From positions 24,708-88,707 of the forward strand of contig JBOICV010000092.1 of assembly GCA_050740255.1 (NCBI GenBank): 64,000 nt of DNA, read 5' to 3'. Shown here one piece after another: positions 19,768 to 29,982 of the stretch. How positions within the stretch are numbered: the stretch's first letter is position 1; each line of letters begins with the position of its first letter. The notes under the pieces are model-generated. The model ran no database searches and was not told the DNA's origin. It saw nothing but the letters and a program-made list of their open reading frames with translations. Position numbers and translations under genes: made by a program. This DNA is from Nevskiales bacterium (GTDB lineage Bacteria; Pseudomonadota; Gammaproteobacteria; Nevskiales; JBOICV01).

Positions 19768-20877
19768 ATGGCTCAGCCCGCGCTGGCGATTCAGGAATAC
19801 AGCCTGCTGGACGACGACGAATGCGATGGCCGCATCGTCGCCGCCAAGCGCGCGCTGGGCAAGCGCGTGGTTATTCTGGGTCATCACTACCAGCGTGACG
19901 AGGTGTTCAAGCACGCCGATTTCACCGGCGACTCACTCAAGCTTTCACGCCAGGCGGCCAGGACCGACGCCCAGTACATCGTCTTCTGCGGTGTGCACTT
20001 TATGGCCGAGGTGGCGGATATCCTTTCGCGTCCCGAGCAGATTTCGATCCTGCCGGATCTTGCCGCCGGCTGCTCCATGGCCGACATGGCGAATCTGCGC
20101 AACGTCGAGCGCGCCTGGCGTGAACTGGGCGAGGTTTTGAATCCGGACGAGACCATCACCCCGGTCACCTACATCAATTCCGCCGCCGACCTCAAGGCCT
20201 TCTGCGGCCGTCACGGTGGCGTCGTCTGCACCTCGAGCAATGCCACCCAGGTGCTCGAATGGGGCTTCACCCAGCGCGACAAGGCCCTGTTCTTCCCGGA
20301 TCAGCACCTGGGCCGCTGGAGCGGCCACAAGATGGGCATTCCACTCGAGCAAATGGTCACCTGGGACTATGACAAGCCACAAGGCGGTCTCAGCGCCGAC
20401 GAAATCAGACAGGCAAAAATCATTCTGTGGAAGGGGTTTTGCTCCGTGCACCAGATGTTCCATCCCGAACACGTGGACAACTTCAAGCAAGAGCATCCGG
20501 AAACGATCGTCATCAGCCATCCGGAAAATGCTTTCGCAGTGTGCCGCAAATCCGACTACGTCGGCTCGACGGAATACATATTGAAGACCGTGCGCGCGGC
20601 CAAGCCCGGCACACGCTGGCTGGTCGGCACCGAGCTCAATCTCGTGAACCGCTTGCATAACGAGATGAAACCAAAAGGCGTAATGGTGCATTTCATGTCG
20701 CCGGTGGTGTGCATGTGCTCAACCATGTTCCGCACCGATCCGCAGCATCTGGCATGGACGCTGGAAAATCTGGCGGAAGGCAAGCCGGTGAATGAGATCA
20801 AGGTGCCGGAGCCGGATGCGAGTCAGGCGCGTCTGGCTTTGCAGCGCATGCTGGACGTCTCGCCGCCCGCGGACTGA
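19768..20877 (+). CDS. nadA: Quinolinate synthase
   Basis: The start is MAQPALAIQEY..VILGHHYQRDEVFKHADFTGDSLKLS; a GTG at 19765 is an alternative start. Cluster-ligand Cys contexts (CGVHFM, CTSSNA, CSVH) are present. Confidence 0.93.
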   Translation: MAQPALAIQEYSLLDDDECDGRIVAAKRALGKRVVILGHHYQRDEVFKHADFTGDSLKLSRQAARTDAQYIVFCGVHFMAEVADILSRPEQISILPDLAAGCSMADMANLRNVERAWRELGEVLNPDETITPVTYINSAADLKAFCGRHGGVVCTSSNATQVLEWGFTQRDKALFFPDQHLGRWSGHKMGIPLEQMVTWDYDKPQGGLSADEIRQAKIILWKGFCSVHQMFHPEHVDNFKQEHPETIVISHPENAFAVCRKSDYVGSTEYILKTVRAAKPGTRWLVGTELNLVNRLHNEMKPKGVMVHFMSPVVCMCSTMFRTDPQHLAWTLENLAEGKPVNEIKVPEPDASQARLALQRMLDVSPPAD

Positions 20878-20965
20878 CTCATCCTAAAAGCTGACCCGCA
20901 TCGCTGCCTAACCCTGTACGCTTTCCGTATCAGCCCATTCCCGGTTTAATCCATCCAGAGGTTGT

Positions 20966-21586
20966 ATGAGCGAGCCCGTCTCGAAGAATATTTATGCCCA
21001 TCAAGGCAAGATCACCCGCGCCGACCGCGAGCGGGTCAATAGCCATCGCGGCCTTACGCTGTGGTTCACCGGACTGTCCGGCTCCGGCAAGTCCACCATC
21101 GCCGTGGCGCTGGAGGAAGCCTTGTTCGAACGCGGTTGTCGCACTTACATTCTCGATGGCGACAATGTCCGCTTTGGTTTGAACAAGGATCTCGGTTTTT
21201 CACCCGAGCATCGCGTGGAAAACATCCGCCGTATCGGCGAGGTGTCCAAGCTGTTCCGTGAAGCCGGCGTGATCAATCTGGTTGCCTTCATCTCGCCGTA
21301 TCGCTCCGAGCGCGATCTCGCGCGCAGCCTGAGCACGGACGGCGATTTCATCGAGATTTACGTGGATGCCGCGCTGGACGTCTGCGAGCAACGCGACCCG
21401 AAGGGTCTGTACAAGAAGGCGCGGGCCGGGCAAATCCCCGAATTCACCGGCATCAGCGCGCCCTATGAGGCGCCGCTCAAGCCGGAAATCCATCTGCATA
21501 CCGATAAGGCGACGGTCGCCGAGAACGCCCAGACGATTCTCGATTATCTGCGGTCCAAGGGCTATATCGCCCCTGCCGCCAGGTAA
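20966..21586 (+). CDS. cysC: Adenylyl-sulfate kinase
   Basis: 206 aa with P-loop GLTLWFTGLSGSGKSTIA and the LDGDNVRFGLNKDLGFS and FISPYRSER segments. Confidence 0.95.
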   Translation: MSEPVSKNIYAHQGKITRADRERVNSHRGLTLWFTGLSGSGKSTIAVALEEALFERGCRTYILDGDNVRFGLNKDLGFSPEHRVENIRRIGEVSKLFREAGVINLVAFISPYRSERDLARSLSTDGDFIEIYVDAALDVCEQRDPKGLYKKARAGQIPEFTGISAPYEAPLKPEIHLHTDKATVAENAQTILDYLRSKGYIAPAAR

Positions 21587-21606
21587 GCCCACTAGCGCTA
21601 GTGGGC
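21587..21606. repeat. 20-bp perfect palindrome GCCCACTAGC|GCTAGTGGGC immediately after the cysC stop
   Basis: Read directly from the sequence. No T-tract follows, so its function (terminator, protection hairpin or binding site) is open. Confidence 0.6.
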
Positions 21607-21668
21607 CGCTCTGCGGCGGGGTGGGGACTCAGCTAAAATAGCCGCCCTTCGCCTTGCGGAGTGCCGCG

Positions 21669-22961
21669 ATGTACCAGAATTCCCCGCGCCTGAACGATTA
21701 CGATCCACAGATCGCTGCTGCGCTCAAGTCTGAGCTTGCGCGCCAGGAAGCGCATATCGAGCTGATCGCCTCCGAAAATTACGTGAGCCCGGCGGTGCTG
21801 GAAGCACAGGGTTCGGTACTGACCAACAAGTACGCGGAGGGTTATCCCGGCAAACGCTATTACGGCGGCTGTGAGCATGTGGATGTGGCCGAAACGCTGG
21901 CGATCGAGCGCGTCAAACAGCTCTTCGACTGCGACTACGCCAATGTGCAAGCGCACTCCGGCGCGCAGGCCAATGCCGCGGTATTCATGGCGCTATGTAC
22001 GCCCGGTGACACCGTGATGGGCATGAATCTGGCGCAGGGCGGCCATCTGACTCACGGCAATCCTGCGAATTTCTCCGGCAAGCATTACAAAATCATTCCT
22101 TATGGCCTGAACGATAAGGGCTATATTGACTACGACGAGATGGAGCGCATCGCGCTGGAAACCAGGCCGAAAATGCTGATTGGCGGTTTCTCGGCCTACT
22201 CGCGCGTGAAAGACTGGAAGCGCATGCGTGAAATTGCCGACAAAGTCGGCGCCTGGTTCTGGGTGGATATGGCGCATGTCGCCGGATTGATCGCAGTCAA
22301 TGAGTATCCAACGCCGCTGCCGCATGCTCATGTAGTGACTTCCACCACGCATAAGACCCTGCGTGGTCCGCGTGGCGGCATCATTCTGTCCAAAGGTCAG
22401 GGCGAAGAGTTCAACAAAAAACTGAACTCGGCTGTTTTCCCCGGCGTACAGGGCGGACCGCTGATGCATGTCATCGCCGCCAAAGCAGTGGCATTCAAGG
22501 AAGCGCTGGAACCCGAGTTCAAAGCCTACCAGCAGCAAATCAGAAAGAACGCGCGCGCACTGGCGCAGGTCTTTCTTGACCGCGGTTTTAAAGTGGTGTC
22601 CGGCGGCACCGACAACCACTTGTTCCTGCTCGACCTCGTGGCCAAGAACGTGACCGGCAAGGACGCGGAAGCCGCCTTGGGCCGCGCGCATATCACGGTC
22701 AACAAGAACTCCGTGCCGAATGATCCCAAGTCGCCGTTTGTCACATCCGGTTTGCGCCTGGGTTCGCCCGCGTGCACCACGCGCGGCTTCAAGGAAGCCG
22801 AAATGACGCAGGTGGGCAACTGGATTGCGGACATCGTTGACGCGATGAGTGCGGGTGGTGACGTTGACGGGATTCTCACGCGTGTGCGCGGCGAAGCGGA
22901 AAAGCTCTGCGCGCGTTTCCCGGTATACGGTGCGAAAGCATCCGCCCGCGCCGCCGCTTAG
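21669..22961 (+). CDS. glyA: Serine hydroxymethyltransferase
   Basis: The first ATG gives [58 protein letters not shown]. The PLP-Lys context [14 protein letters not shown] is present. Confidence 0.97.
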   Translation: MYQNSPRLNDYDPQIAAALKSELARQEAHIELIASENYVSPAVLEAQGSVLTNKYAEGYPGKRYYGGCEHVDVAETLAIERVKQLFDCDYANVQAHSGAQANAAVFMALCTPGDTVMGMNLAQGGHLTHGNPANFSGKHYKIIPYGLNDKGYIDYDEMERIALETRPKMLIGGFSAYSRVKDWKRMREIADKVGAWFWVDMAHVAGLIAVNEYPTPLPHAHVVTSTTHKTLRGPRGGIILSKGQGEEFNKKLNSAVFPGVQGGPLMHVIAAKAVAFKEALEPEFKAYQQQIRKNARALAQVFLDRGFKVVSGGTDNHLFLLDLVAKNVTGKDAEAALGRAHITVNKNSVPNDPKSPFVTSGLRLGSPACTTRGFKEAEMTQVGNWIADIVDAMSAGGDVDGILTRVRGEAEKLCARFPVYGAKASARAAA

Positions 22962-22966
22962 CTTTT

Positions 22967-23002
22967 TTCCCTCTCCCTCTGGGAGAGGGGCAGGGGTGAG
23001 GG
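22967..23002. repeat. REP-like palindromic element (same family as 3508-3541)
   Basis: The sequence ttCCCTCTCCCtctGGGAGAGGGgcaGGGGTGAGGG lies directly after the glyA stop. Confidence 0.85.
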
Positions 23003-23044
23003 CGCTTCTCATGCAATTCTCAACAGCGGCCCTGGTTCCGTGAC

Positions 23045-23554
23045 ATGTTCTGCCCCTTTTGTGGTGCGCAGGATACTCGCGTCATTGATACCCGTTTAGC
23101 GGCTGAGGGTCATCAGGTACGCCGTCGCCGAGAATGCTCTGCTTGCAGTGAGCGCTTCACCACTTTCGAGAACGCGCAATTGGTGATGCCGGCCATCCTC
23201 AAGCGCGACGGCAACCGCGAACCCTTCAATGAACCCAAGCTCAGGACGGGTATGGAGCGGGCCTTGTACAAACGTCCGGTGCCGGCCGAGGCGCTGGACG
23301 ATGCGCTCGATCACATACGACATCGTCTGCGCACCTATGGTGAGCGCGAAGTGCCGGCGCGCACCCTGGGCGAATGGGTCATGCAGGAGTTGCGCGCGCT
23401 GGATCAGGTGGCGTTCGTGCGTTTTGCGTCGGTGTACCGGCAGTTCGCCGACGTCAATGCCTTCCGCGAGGAAATCGAACGCTTGCAGCAGACGCCGGAC
23501 CCGGAAGTGCGCCGGCGCCAATTGCCGCTGATCTCGGGCGACGATGAGCGATAA
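23045..23554 (+). CDS. nrdR: Transcriptional repressor NrdR
   Basis: It begins with the zinc ribbon [34 protein letters not shown] and continues into an ATP-cone. Confidence 0.97.
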   Translation: MFCPFCGAQDTRVIDTRLAAEGHQVRRRRECSACSERFTTFENAQLVMPAILKRDGNREPFNEPKLRTGMERALYKRPVPAEALDDALDHIRHRLRTYGEREVPARTLGEWVMQELRALDQVAFVRFASVYRQFADVNAFREEIERLQQTPDPEVRRRQLPLISGDDER

Positions 23555-24680
23555 GGCAGCAGATGCGCGCTTCATGGCGCGCGCTTTGGAATTGGCACAG
23601 CACGGGCTTTACACCACCCACCCCAATCCACGCGTCGGCTGCGTGCTGGTCAAAAACGGCGAGATTGTCGGTGAAGCCTGGCACGAACGCGCCGGTGAGC
23701 CGCACGCCGAGGTGCTCGCACTGCGCGCTGCGGGAGAGCAGGCGAAAGGCGCAACCGCTTACGTCACGTTGGAACCCTGCTGCCATCAGGGGCGTACCGG
23801 TCCGTGTACCGATGCCCTAATCAAGGCTGGCGTGACGCGTGTGATCGCGGCCATGCAGGACCCCAACCCGAAAGTAGCCGGCGGCGGCTTGGCGACATTG
23901 CGCGATACGGGGATCGGCGTTGAAAGCGGTCTGATGCAGGCGCAGGCCGAGTCGCTGAATCGCGGCTTCATCAGCCGCATGCGCCGACAGCGGCCCTGGG
24001 TCCGGCTCAAGCTGGCGATGAGCCTGGATGGCCGCACCGCTGCGGCCAATGGCGAAAGCCGCTGGATCACCGGTGAGCTGGCGCGGGAAGACGTGCATAG
24101 GCTGCGCGCTGAGTGCGGTGCGGTACTTACCAGTTCGGCGACGGTGCTGGCCGATGATCCTTCATTGACCGTGCGCAGTTTTTCTCTCCCTCCCCCCGGT
24201 GGGGAGGGGTTAGGGAAGGGGGGAGTCTTGATTCGGCAACCTGACCGGATTGTGCTGGATGCAAGGCTACGGGTGCCCGCCAGCGCAAAAGTCTGGGCAC
24301 CTGGGGCGCGCCGCTTCGTGCTTACGAGTGATCCGGATAAATCCGGAAGTCACGGCCCCGAAGTGCAAACCCTGCGCATTGCCGCGCAAGCCGGCCGGCT
24401 GGATCTCCGCCAGGCCCTGGCGACGCTAGCCGCATTCGAGATCAACGAGATATTGGTCGAATGCGGCCCGCGCCTGGCTGGTGCACTTCTGCAGGCGAAG
24501 CTCGTGGATGAGCTGACTATCTACGTCGCCCCCATCCTGTTGGGCGATAAGGCGCCGGGTTTGGCGCACTTGCCGGATGTTCAATCGCTGGCGCAACAGC
24601 TCGCGTTTCAAGTCACCGATGTCCGTGCTTTTGGCTCGGACTGGCGCATCATCGCGACTCCTCGCACGCAAAGCGTGTGA
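23544..24680 (+). CDS. ribD: Bifunctional diaminohydroxyphosphoribosylaminopyrimidine deaminase / 5-amino-6-(5-phosphoribosylamino)uracil reductase
   Basis: 378 aa. It has the deaminase motif [21 protein letters not shown] and the reductase part [27 protein letters not shown]. Confidence 0.95.
   Translation: MSDKAADARFMARALELAQHGLYTTHPNPRVGCVLVKNGEIVGEAWHERAGEPHAEVLALRAAGEQAKGATAYVTLEPCCHQGRTGPCTDALIKAGVTRVIAAMQDPNPKVAGGGLATLRDTGIGVESGLMQAQAESLNRGFISRMRRQRPWVRLKLAMSLDGRTAAANGESRWITGELAREDVHRLRAECGAVLTSSATVLADDPSLTVRSFSLPPPGGEGLGKGGVLIRQPDRIVLDARLRVPASAKVWAPGARRFVLTSDPDKSGSHGPEVQTLRIAAQAGRLDLRQALATLAAFEINEILVECGPRLAGALLQAKLVDELTIYVAPILLGDKAPGLAHLPDVQSLAQQLAFQVTDVRAFGSDWRIIATPRTQSV
24184..24225. 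repeat. REP-like palindromic element lying in frame inside ribD
   Basis: The sequence is CCTCCCC-ccggt-GGGGAGG followed by ttaGGGAAGGGGGGAG. It encodes ..[14 protein letters not shown].. between the conserved TVR and RQP segments. Confidence 0.75.
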
Positions 24681-24692
24681 GAGAATAACGCG

Positions 24693-25313
24693 ATGTTCAC
24701 CGGGATTATTCAGGCCGTCGGCCAACTGCGCGCGCGCGAAGCGCAGGACGTGGATGCGCGCCTGTCCATCGCCAGCAGCAAACTTGAGCTTGCCGGCGTC
24801 AAGTTGGGGGATAGCATTGCCGTCAATGGCGTTTGTCTGACGGTTACCCGGCTGGAGCATGACGGCTTCTGGGCCGATGTGTCTGCAGAAACCTTGCGAC
24901 TCACGACGCTCGGCCAACTTGCAGTCGGCGCCGCTCTGAATCTGGAGAAAGCGCTGACGCTCAACCAGCCGCTGGGCGGACATTTGCTGAACGGGCATGT
25001 GGACGGGCTCGGCCAGGTGGTGAGCATCACCCCCGAGGGCCGCTCGCTGCAGATGGAGTTCGCCGCTCGGGACAGCCTGGCGCGGTATATCGCGCGCAAG
25101 GGTTCGATCGCGATTGATGGTGTCAGCCTCACCGTCAATCAAGTGCAGGGCCGCCGGTTCAGCGTCAATCTGGTGCCGCACAGCTTGCAGGAAACCAGCT
25201 TCGGCGCGCTCACCCTCGGCGCCTCGGTGAATCTGGAAGTGGATTTGCTGGCACGTTATCTGGAGCGCCTGTTCGAAGGGCAGTTGAGCACACGGCCCGG
25301 CCATGCTGCTTAA
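24693..25313 (+). CDS. ribE: Riboflavin synthase (alpha chain; B. subtilis nomenclature ribE, E. coli ribC)
   Basis: It starts MFTGIIQAVGQL and contains the duplicated lumazine-binding repeats GDSIAVNGVCLTV and GSIAIDGVSLTV. Confidence 0.95.
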   Translation: MFTGIIQAVGQLRAREAQDVDARLSIASSKLELAGVKLGDSIAVNGVCLTVTRLEHDGFWADVSAETLRLTTLGQLAVGAALNLEKALTLNQPLGGHLLNGHVDGLGQVVSITPEGRSLQMEFAARDSLARYIARKGSIAIDGVSLTVNQVQGRRFSVNLVPHSLQETSFGALTLGASVNLEVDLLARYLERLFEGQLSTRPGHAA

Positions 25314-26412
25314 CTCCATCGAGGAGGCGATCGACGATATGCGCCAGGGGCGCATGGTCGTGGTCATGGACGACGAGGATCGCGAGAACGAAGGCGATCT
25401 GATCATGGCCGCCAGTCACGCCCGCGCGGAAGATGTCAATTTCATGGCCCGCTATGGACGCGGACTGATCTGCCTGACCCTAAGCCGCGAGCGCTGCCGG
25501 CAGTTGCGCCTGCCCTTGATGGTGCGCGACAACGCGGACACCCACAAGACCAGTTTTACCATTTCGATTGAAGCGGCCGAGGGTGTGACCACCGGTATCT
25601 CCGCCGCCGACCGCGCGCATACCATTCGCACGGCCGTGCATCCGGACGTGCGGCCGGAAGACCTGGTGCAGCCGGGACATGTTTTTCCGCTGATGGCGCA
25701 GCCGGGCGGTGTGCTCGCGCGCGCCGGGCATACGGAGGCGGGCTGCGATCTGGCCAGGCTCGCGGGGCTGGAACCGGCGGCGGTGATTGTCGAAATCCTG
25801 AATGAAGACGGTTCCATGGCGCGCCGCCCCGATCTGGAGCGATTCGCCGAGGCGCACCAGCTCAAGCTGATCACGATCGCGGATCTGATCCGCTACCGCG
25901 TCGCCAATGAACACACCGTGGTCCGTTGCGCGGAGGCGCAGGTGAATACGGAGTTCGGCGAATTCCGCCTGGTGTCTTATGAAGACGAGGTGGACCGTGC
26001 GGTGCATCTCGCCATGGTCAAGGGCAAGTTGCAGCCCGAGCAGGCGCAGTTGGTGCGGGTGCACATCCGCAACACGCTGTCCGATGTGATTGGCGTGGAG
26101 CACCCCAGCTTCTCCTGGCCGTTGCGGCGCGCGCTGCAGCGGGTGGCGGAAGAAGGGCAGGGCGTGGTGGTGCTGTTGCGCAAACCCGAAACGCCGCGCG
26201 ATCTGGTCAGCCGGATCGAGGAATTGCAGGGTGCGCCTGACGAGGAGGCACATGATTCCGACGAGGGCCGCGTGCTGCGCACTTACGGCATCGGCGCACA
26301 GATTCTCAAAGATCTCGGCGTGCGCAAGATGCGCGTGCTGTCGGCGCCGAAACGAATGCACGCGATTTCCGGCTTCGGGCTGGAAGTCACCGAATATGTA
26401 GCTTGTGATTAG
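25303..26412 (+). CDS. ribBA: Bifunctional 3,4-dihydroxy-2-butanone-4-phosphate synthase / GTP cyclohydrolase II
   Basis: 369 aa with the DHBP synthase segments [24 protein letters not shown] and a C-terminal GCHII-like half. Confidence 0.93.
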   Translation: MLLNSIEEAIDDMRQGRMVVVMDDEDRENEGDLIMAASHARAEDVNFMARYGRGLICLTLSRERCRQLRLPLMVRDNADTHKTSFTISIEAAEGVTTGISAADRAHTIRTAVHPDVRPEDLVQPGHVFPLMAQPGGVLARAGHTEAGCDLARLAGLEPAAVIVEILNEDGSMARRPDLERFAEAHQLKLITIADLIRYRVANEHTVVRCAEAQVNTEFGEFRLVSYEDEVDRAVHLAMVKGKLQPEQAQLVRVHIRNTLSDVIGVEHPSFSWPLRRALQRVAEEGQGVVVLLRKPETPRDLVSRIEELQGAPDEEAHDSDEGRVLRTYGIGAQILKDLGVRKMRVLSAPKRMHAISGFGLEVTEYVACD

Positions 26413-26414
26413 CC

Positions 26415-26945
26415 ATGCGCGATTCCGCCCTTAAAAACAAATTGCAGTCGCCCGACCTGAACAGCTTGCTAAGCCTCAAGCATCTGCAAGGTGATTCCAA
26501 CGCGCGCAATCTGCGCTTCGCACTGGTCGCGACGCAGTGGTATGAAGTGATTCTGGACAATTTACTGGCCGGCGCCGTGGCGACGCTCAAGGAATGCGGC
26601 GCAGCAGAGCGCGATGTGACCCTGATCCGCGTGCCCGGCGCTTTCGAGTTGCCGCTGGTGCTGGATCAGTTGGCGGCGAGCAAGCGCTTTCACGCGCTGA
26701 TTGCACTCGGTTGCGTGATTCGCGGCGGCACGCCGCATTTTGAATACGTGGCTGGGGAATGCGCACGCGGCATAGCGGCTGTCAGTCTGAAATATGCGGT
26801 GCCGGTTTCCTTCGGCGTGCTCACCTGCGACACGCTCGCTCAAGCCGAAGAGCGCGCCGCGCCCGGGCCGCACAACAAGGGCCGTGAATCCGCTTTAGCT
26901 GCGGTGCAAATGGCTTCGCTATTGAGCAAGCTGCGTCATGTCTGA
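26415..26945 (+). CDS. ribH: 6,7-dimethyl-8-ribityllumazine synthase (N-terminus about 17 aa longer than usual; a TTG at 26466 is an alternative start)
   Basis: The sequence LRFALVATQWYEVILDNLLAGAV..VPGAFELP..ALGCVIRGGTPHFEYVA is typical. The ATG lies 2 nt after the ribBA stop. Confidence 0.9.
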   Translation: MRDSALKNKLQSPDLNSLLSLKHLQGDSNARNLRFALVATQWYEVILDNLLAGAVATLKECGAAERDVTLIRVPGAFELPLVLDQLAASKRFHALIALGCVIRGGTPHFEYVAGECARGIAAVSLKYAVPVSFGVLTCDTLAQAEERAAPGPHNKGRESALAAVQMASLLSKLRHV

Positions 26946-27396
26946 AGCTGCGATCGCCGCCCCCCCTGCGGGCAATAACCGCCACAAGGCCCGCTGCCTG
27001 GCGCTGCAGGCGCTTTATCAGCATCAGCTCAATGGCCTGTCCCTTGGCGAGTTGCTCAATCAGTTTTTGCGCGGGAAAGAAATGGATCGCGCCGATCGTG
27101 AGTATTTTAGCCGCCTGGTTGGCGGGGTGATGGAGCACGAGGGCGAACTGGTCATGGCCTTCGCGCGCTATCTCGACCGGCCGCTGACCCAGCTTGACCC
27201 GGTTGAGCGCGCGGTGCTGCTGATCGGCAGTTTCGAGTTGCTGCACTGCCCGGAACTGCCCTACCGCGCGGCGATCAACGAAGCCGTGCAGCTGGCCAAG
27301 ATTTATGGCGCCAGCGAAGGCCATAAGTACGTCAATGGCATCATGGATCGCCTTGCGCGCCAGGCGCGCGCCGTGGAACTGGCGGCGGCGCCGTAA
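26938..27396 (+). CDS. nusB: Transcription antitermination factor NusB
   Basis: 152 aa with RHKARCLALQALYQ.. and AINEAVQLAKIYG..YVNGIMDR. It overlaps ribH by 8 nt. Confidence 0.95.
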   Translation: MSEAAIAAPPAGNNRHKARCLALQALYQHQLNGLSLGELLNQFLRGKEMDRADREYFSRLVGGVMEHEGELVMAFARYLDRPLTQLDPVERAVLLIGSFELLHCPELPYRAAINEAVQLAKIYGASEGHKYVNGIMDRLARQARAVELAAAP

Positions 27397-27427
27397 ATTC
27401 ACCGCATCTTCCGGGCGGGCCGCCGCA

Positions 27428-28516
27428 GTGACCAACGAATTTGAGATTATCCGCCGCTACTTCCAGCGGCCCCCTAAGCGTCCGGACGTAGTGCTGGGTT
27501 CGGGCGATGACGCGGCGCTGTTGCAGCCGCCGCCCGGCATGCTGCTGGCTGCGACGACCGATACGCTGGTGGCGGGCCGGCATTTCCACGACGACTGGCC
27601 GGCGGCCGATATCGGCTGGCGGGCGCTGGCGGTGAATCTGAGCGATCTGGCGGCGATGGGTGCGCAACCCGCCTGGTTTACCTGCGCATTAACGGTCCCT
27701 GAAGCGGATGAAAAATGGCTCGCCGGGTTCGCTCAAGGCCTGTTTGAACTTGCGGCGCAATACCCGCTGGATCTGGTCGGCGGCAATCTAAGCTGCGGAC
27801 CGCTCAGCATCACGATTCAGGCTCTGGGGTTCGTAGCGGCAGAGAAAGCGTTGCGGCGCGACGCGGCCCGACCCGGCGATCTGATCTGTGTGACCGGCAC
27901 GCTCGGCGATGCGAGCTTGGCCTTGCAATTGCTCGATACCCGCCCCCCCAACCCTCCTTCGACAAGCTCAGGACAGGCTCTCCCGCAAGGGGAGGGGGAA
28001 CAGAGTTTTTCTCCTCCTCGCGCGGAGGGTGTAAGTAAAAATCTCCCTCCCCCTCGTGGGGAGGGATTAAGGGAGGGGGGCGCAACAGATGCGCAGCTTA
28101 TCTATCTAACACAGCGCCTGCGCCGTCCCACCCCGCGCATCGCGGCCGGTTTGGCGCTGGCTGGCGTGGCGCATGCCGCGATAGATATTTCGGACGGCCT
28201 GGCGGCCGATTTGGGCCACGTGTTGGCCGCCAGTGGCGTCGGGGCTGAAATCCGCACCAACAAGCTCCCGATGTCTCCCGCGTTTGCACGCCTCGCGCCT
28301 CGCGCCTCGCGCCTCCCGCTACAACTTTCCGGCGGCGACGATTACGAGCTATGTATCTGCCTGCCGCAGGATAAACTAGCCGCCGTGCAGGCCCGCTTGA
28401 ATGTGCCGCTGACCGTTATTGGTGCGGTCACAGCTACAGCGGGACTGCGCGATCTAAGCACTCCGGGAGGTCAACGCCTGACACCGGCGGGTTACGACCA
28501 CTTTCCCAATATATGA
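27428..28516 (+). CDS. thiL: Thiamine-monophosphate kinase carrying an internal repeat-derived insertion of about 40 aa
   Basis: The GTG start gives VTNEFEIIRRYFQRP..LGSGDDAALL..TDTLVAGRHF..AVNLSDLAAMGA. The track ORF from 27305 overlaps nusB and is too long. Confidence 0.9.
   Translation: MTNEFEIIRRYFQRPPKRPDVVLGSGDDAALLQPPPGMLLAATTDTLVAGRHFHDDWPAADIGWRALAVNLSDLAAMGAQPAWFTCALTVPEADEKWLAGFAQGLFELAAQYPLDLVGGNLSCGPLSITIQALGFVAAEKALRRDAARPGDLICVTGTLGDASLALQLLDTRPPNPPSTSSGQALPQGEGEQSFSPPRAEGVSKNLPPPRGEGLREGGATDAQLIYLTQRLRRPTPRIAAGLALAGVAHAAIDISDGLAADLGHVLAASGVGAEIRTNKLPMSPAFARLAPRASRLPLQLSGGDDYELCICLPQDKLAAVQARLNVPLTVIGAVTATAGLRDLSTPGGQRLTPAGYDHFPNI
27940..28082. repeat. Composite of three REP-like hairpin units lying in frame inside thiL
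   Basis: Three units are visible. Unit 1 is CTCTCCC-gcaag-GGGAGGG. Unit 2 is a CTCCTC..GGAGGG unit. Unit 3 is a perfect 9-bp TCCCTCCCC-ctcgt-GGGGAGGGA plus attaaGGGAGGGGGG. A ccttcgacaagctcaggacagg stretch precedes them. Confidence 0.8.
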
Positions 28517-29076
28517 ACCTGAACCGACTCGTCGTGCGTCCTCAGCCCCACGTCGTCCTGCGCGATCCGGTGCATCTGCTCGCTTTCGGTTTTGGCGCGG
28601 GGCTTGCACCCAAGGCGCCGGGTACTTTCGGCACCCTGGTTGCGGTGCCGCTGTTCCTGTTGTTGTATTGGCTGCCGCTCTGGCTTTATCTCGCGATAGT
28701 CGCGGCTTTGTTTGGCGTCGGCGTCTGGCTTTGCGGTGAAAGTGCCCGCCGGCTCGGTACCCATGATCATCCCGGCATCGTCTGGGATGAGATTGTCGGT
28801 TTTCTGATCACGATGCTACCGGTCACGCCCGGCTTGCTCGGCGCGTTGACACCCGCGCCGCTGTGGTTCTGGCTGCTGGTAGGTTTCGGCGCTTTTCGCG
28901 CTTTCGACATCACCAAACCGGCCTTCATCCGCCGTGCCGACGCGCAGGTGAGCGGCGGTCTGGGCATCATGCTGGACGACGTTCTGGCCGGCGTCTGCGC
29001 GGCCGCGGTACTGGTGCTGATGACGCTGCCGACCGTGCTGTTTATTCCACCGCTGCCCTTGCCGGCGGGACCTTGA
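28513..29076 (+). CDS. pgpA: Phosphatidylglycerophosphatase A
   Basis: The sequence PVHLLAFGFGAGLAPKAPGTFGTLVAVP..HDHPGIVWDEIVG is typical. It overlaps the thiL stop as ATGA. Confidence 0.9.
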   Translation: MNLNRLVVRPQPHVVLRDPVHLLAFGFGAGLAPKAPGTFGTLVAVPLFLLLYWLPLWLYLAIVAALFGVGVWLCGESARRLGTHDHPGIVWDEIVGFLITMLPVTPGLLGALTPAPLWFWLLVGFGAFRAFDITKPAFIRRADAQVSGGLGIMLDDVLAGVCAAAVLVLMTLPTVLFIPPLPLPAGP

Positions 29077-29088
29077 TAGAACGGACGC

Positions 29089-29982
29089 TCAGGCCACTTC
29101 GGCCAGAAAGCGCTTGATTCTGTCCGCCACCGCTTCGGGATGCTCATGCATGAAGCAGTGCCCGCCGGGCACGTTCTCGGCGCGAATATGTGGGTTGGCG
29201 CACACCGCGCGCTGGATGCTCGGCGCCATGAAGGGGTAGCTTTGCGCGCCGTGCAGAATGAGCACCGGGCACTGGAGCTGGCGGATCGCGCGCCAGGTGT
29301 TCCAGGGCGGCCGTGCGAACAAGGCCGACTCCAGCCACGGTGGACAGCGTAATTCCATCCTGCCGTCAGCGTGTTCACGCAGTGCGTGAGCGACATAGCA
29401 CTCCAGCGCCTCGTCCGGCCAGCCTTTGAAAATGCCGCGCTGATGCAGCCCCTGCCACGCCGCAGCACGTGACGGCCACTCTGCACGCCGCTTGAGCGAA
29501 CGTTTGACCAGCGGATTGAAACGCGACGTGATGAAGCACATGCCAAACAACAACAGCGGCGGCAGGAAGATAGGATCAAGCAGCACCAGTGCTTTGAAGC
29601 GCTGCGGTTCGCGCGCCGCCATCAAGGCATGAACATAGCCGCCATAGCTGTGTCCAACGCCGACAATGTCACGGCCCGGCGTATTCAGTGGATGAGCCGC
29701 CAGCGCATGCAGTGCCCGCTCGGCGGTGGCGTGGGGTCCTAGATACTTATCGCCCACCTCGCTTGCGCCGTGCCCCTGCACGTCGTGGAGAATTAACGCG
29801 GCCTCATCCTGTAGCAGGCGCAGAAACGTCCAGTAGGCACCGCCGCAAAAACCGGTGCCGTGGATGAAGTGCAGTAGTGGCTTGCCGGGGTGCTCACAGT
29901 AACGCCCTAGCAGGCGTGGACCGCGATCATCGGCATAAGTCCAGTTCTGGGTAAGCGCGCAGTATTCTTCGGCAGGTCGCAT
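29089..29982 (-). CDS. Alpha/beta-fold hydrolase
   Basis: 297 aa from MRPAEEY. It has the oxyanion segment LLHFIHGTGF, the nucleophile elbow GVGHSYGG and a C-terminal GGHCFMHEHPE. The track's 540-aa version runs on antisense through cysS. Confidence 0.8.
   Translation of the reverse strand: MRPAEEYCALTQNWTYADDRGPRLLGRYCEHPGKPLLHFIHGTGFCGGAYWTFLRLLQDEAALILHDVQGHGASEVGDKYLGPHATAERALHALAAHPLNTPGRDIVGVGHSYGGYVHALMAAREPQRFKALVLLDPIFLPPLLLFGMCFITSRFNPLVKRSLKRRAEWPSRAAAWQGLHQRGIFKGWPDEALECYVAHALREHADGRMELRCPPWLESALFARPPWNTWRAIRQLQCPVLILHGAQSYPFMAPSIQRAVCANPHIRAENVPGGHCFMHEHPEAVADRIKRFLAEVA

Noticed and set aside
23045-26945. An FMN (RFN) riboswitch controlling the rib genes
   Set aside because: The nrdR-ribD-ribE-ribBA-ribH genes overlap or are separated by at most 12 nt. 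There is no leader long enough for a riboswitch in this window.
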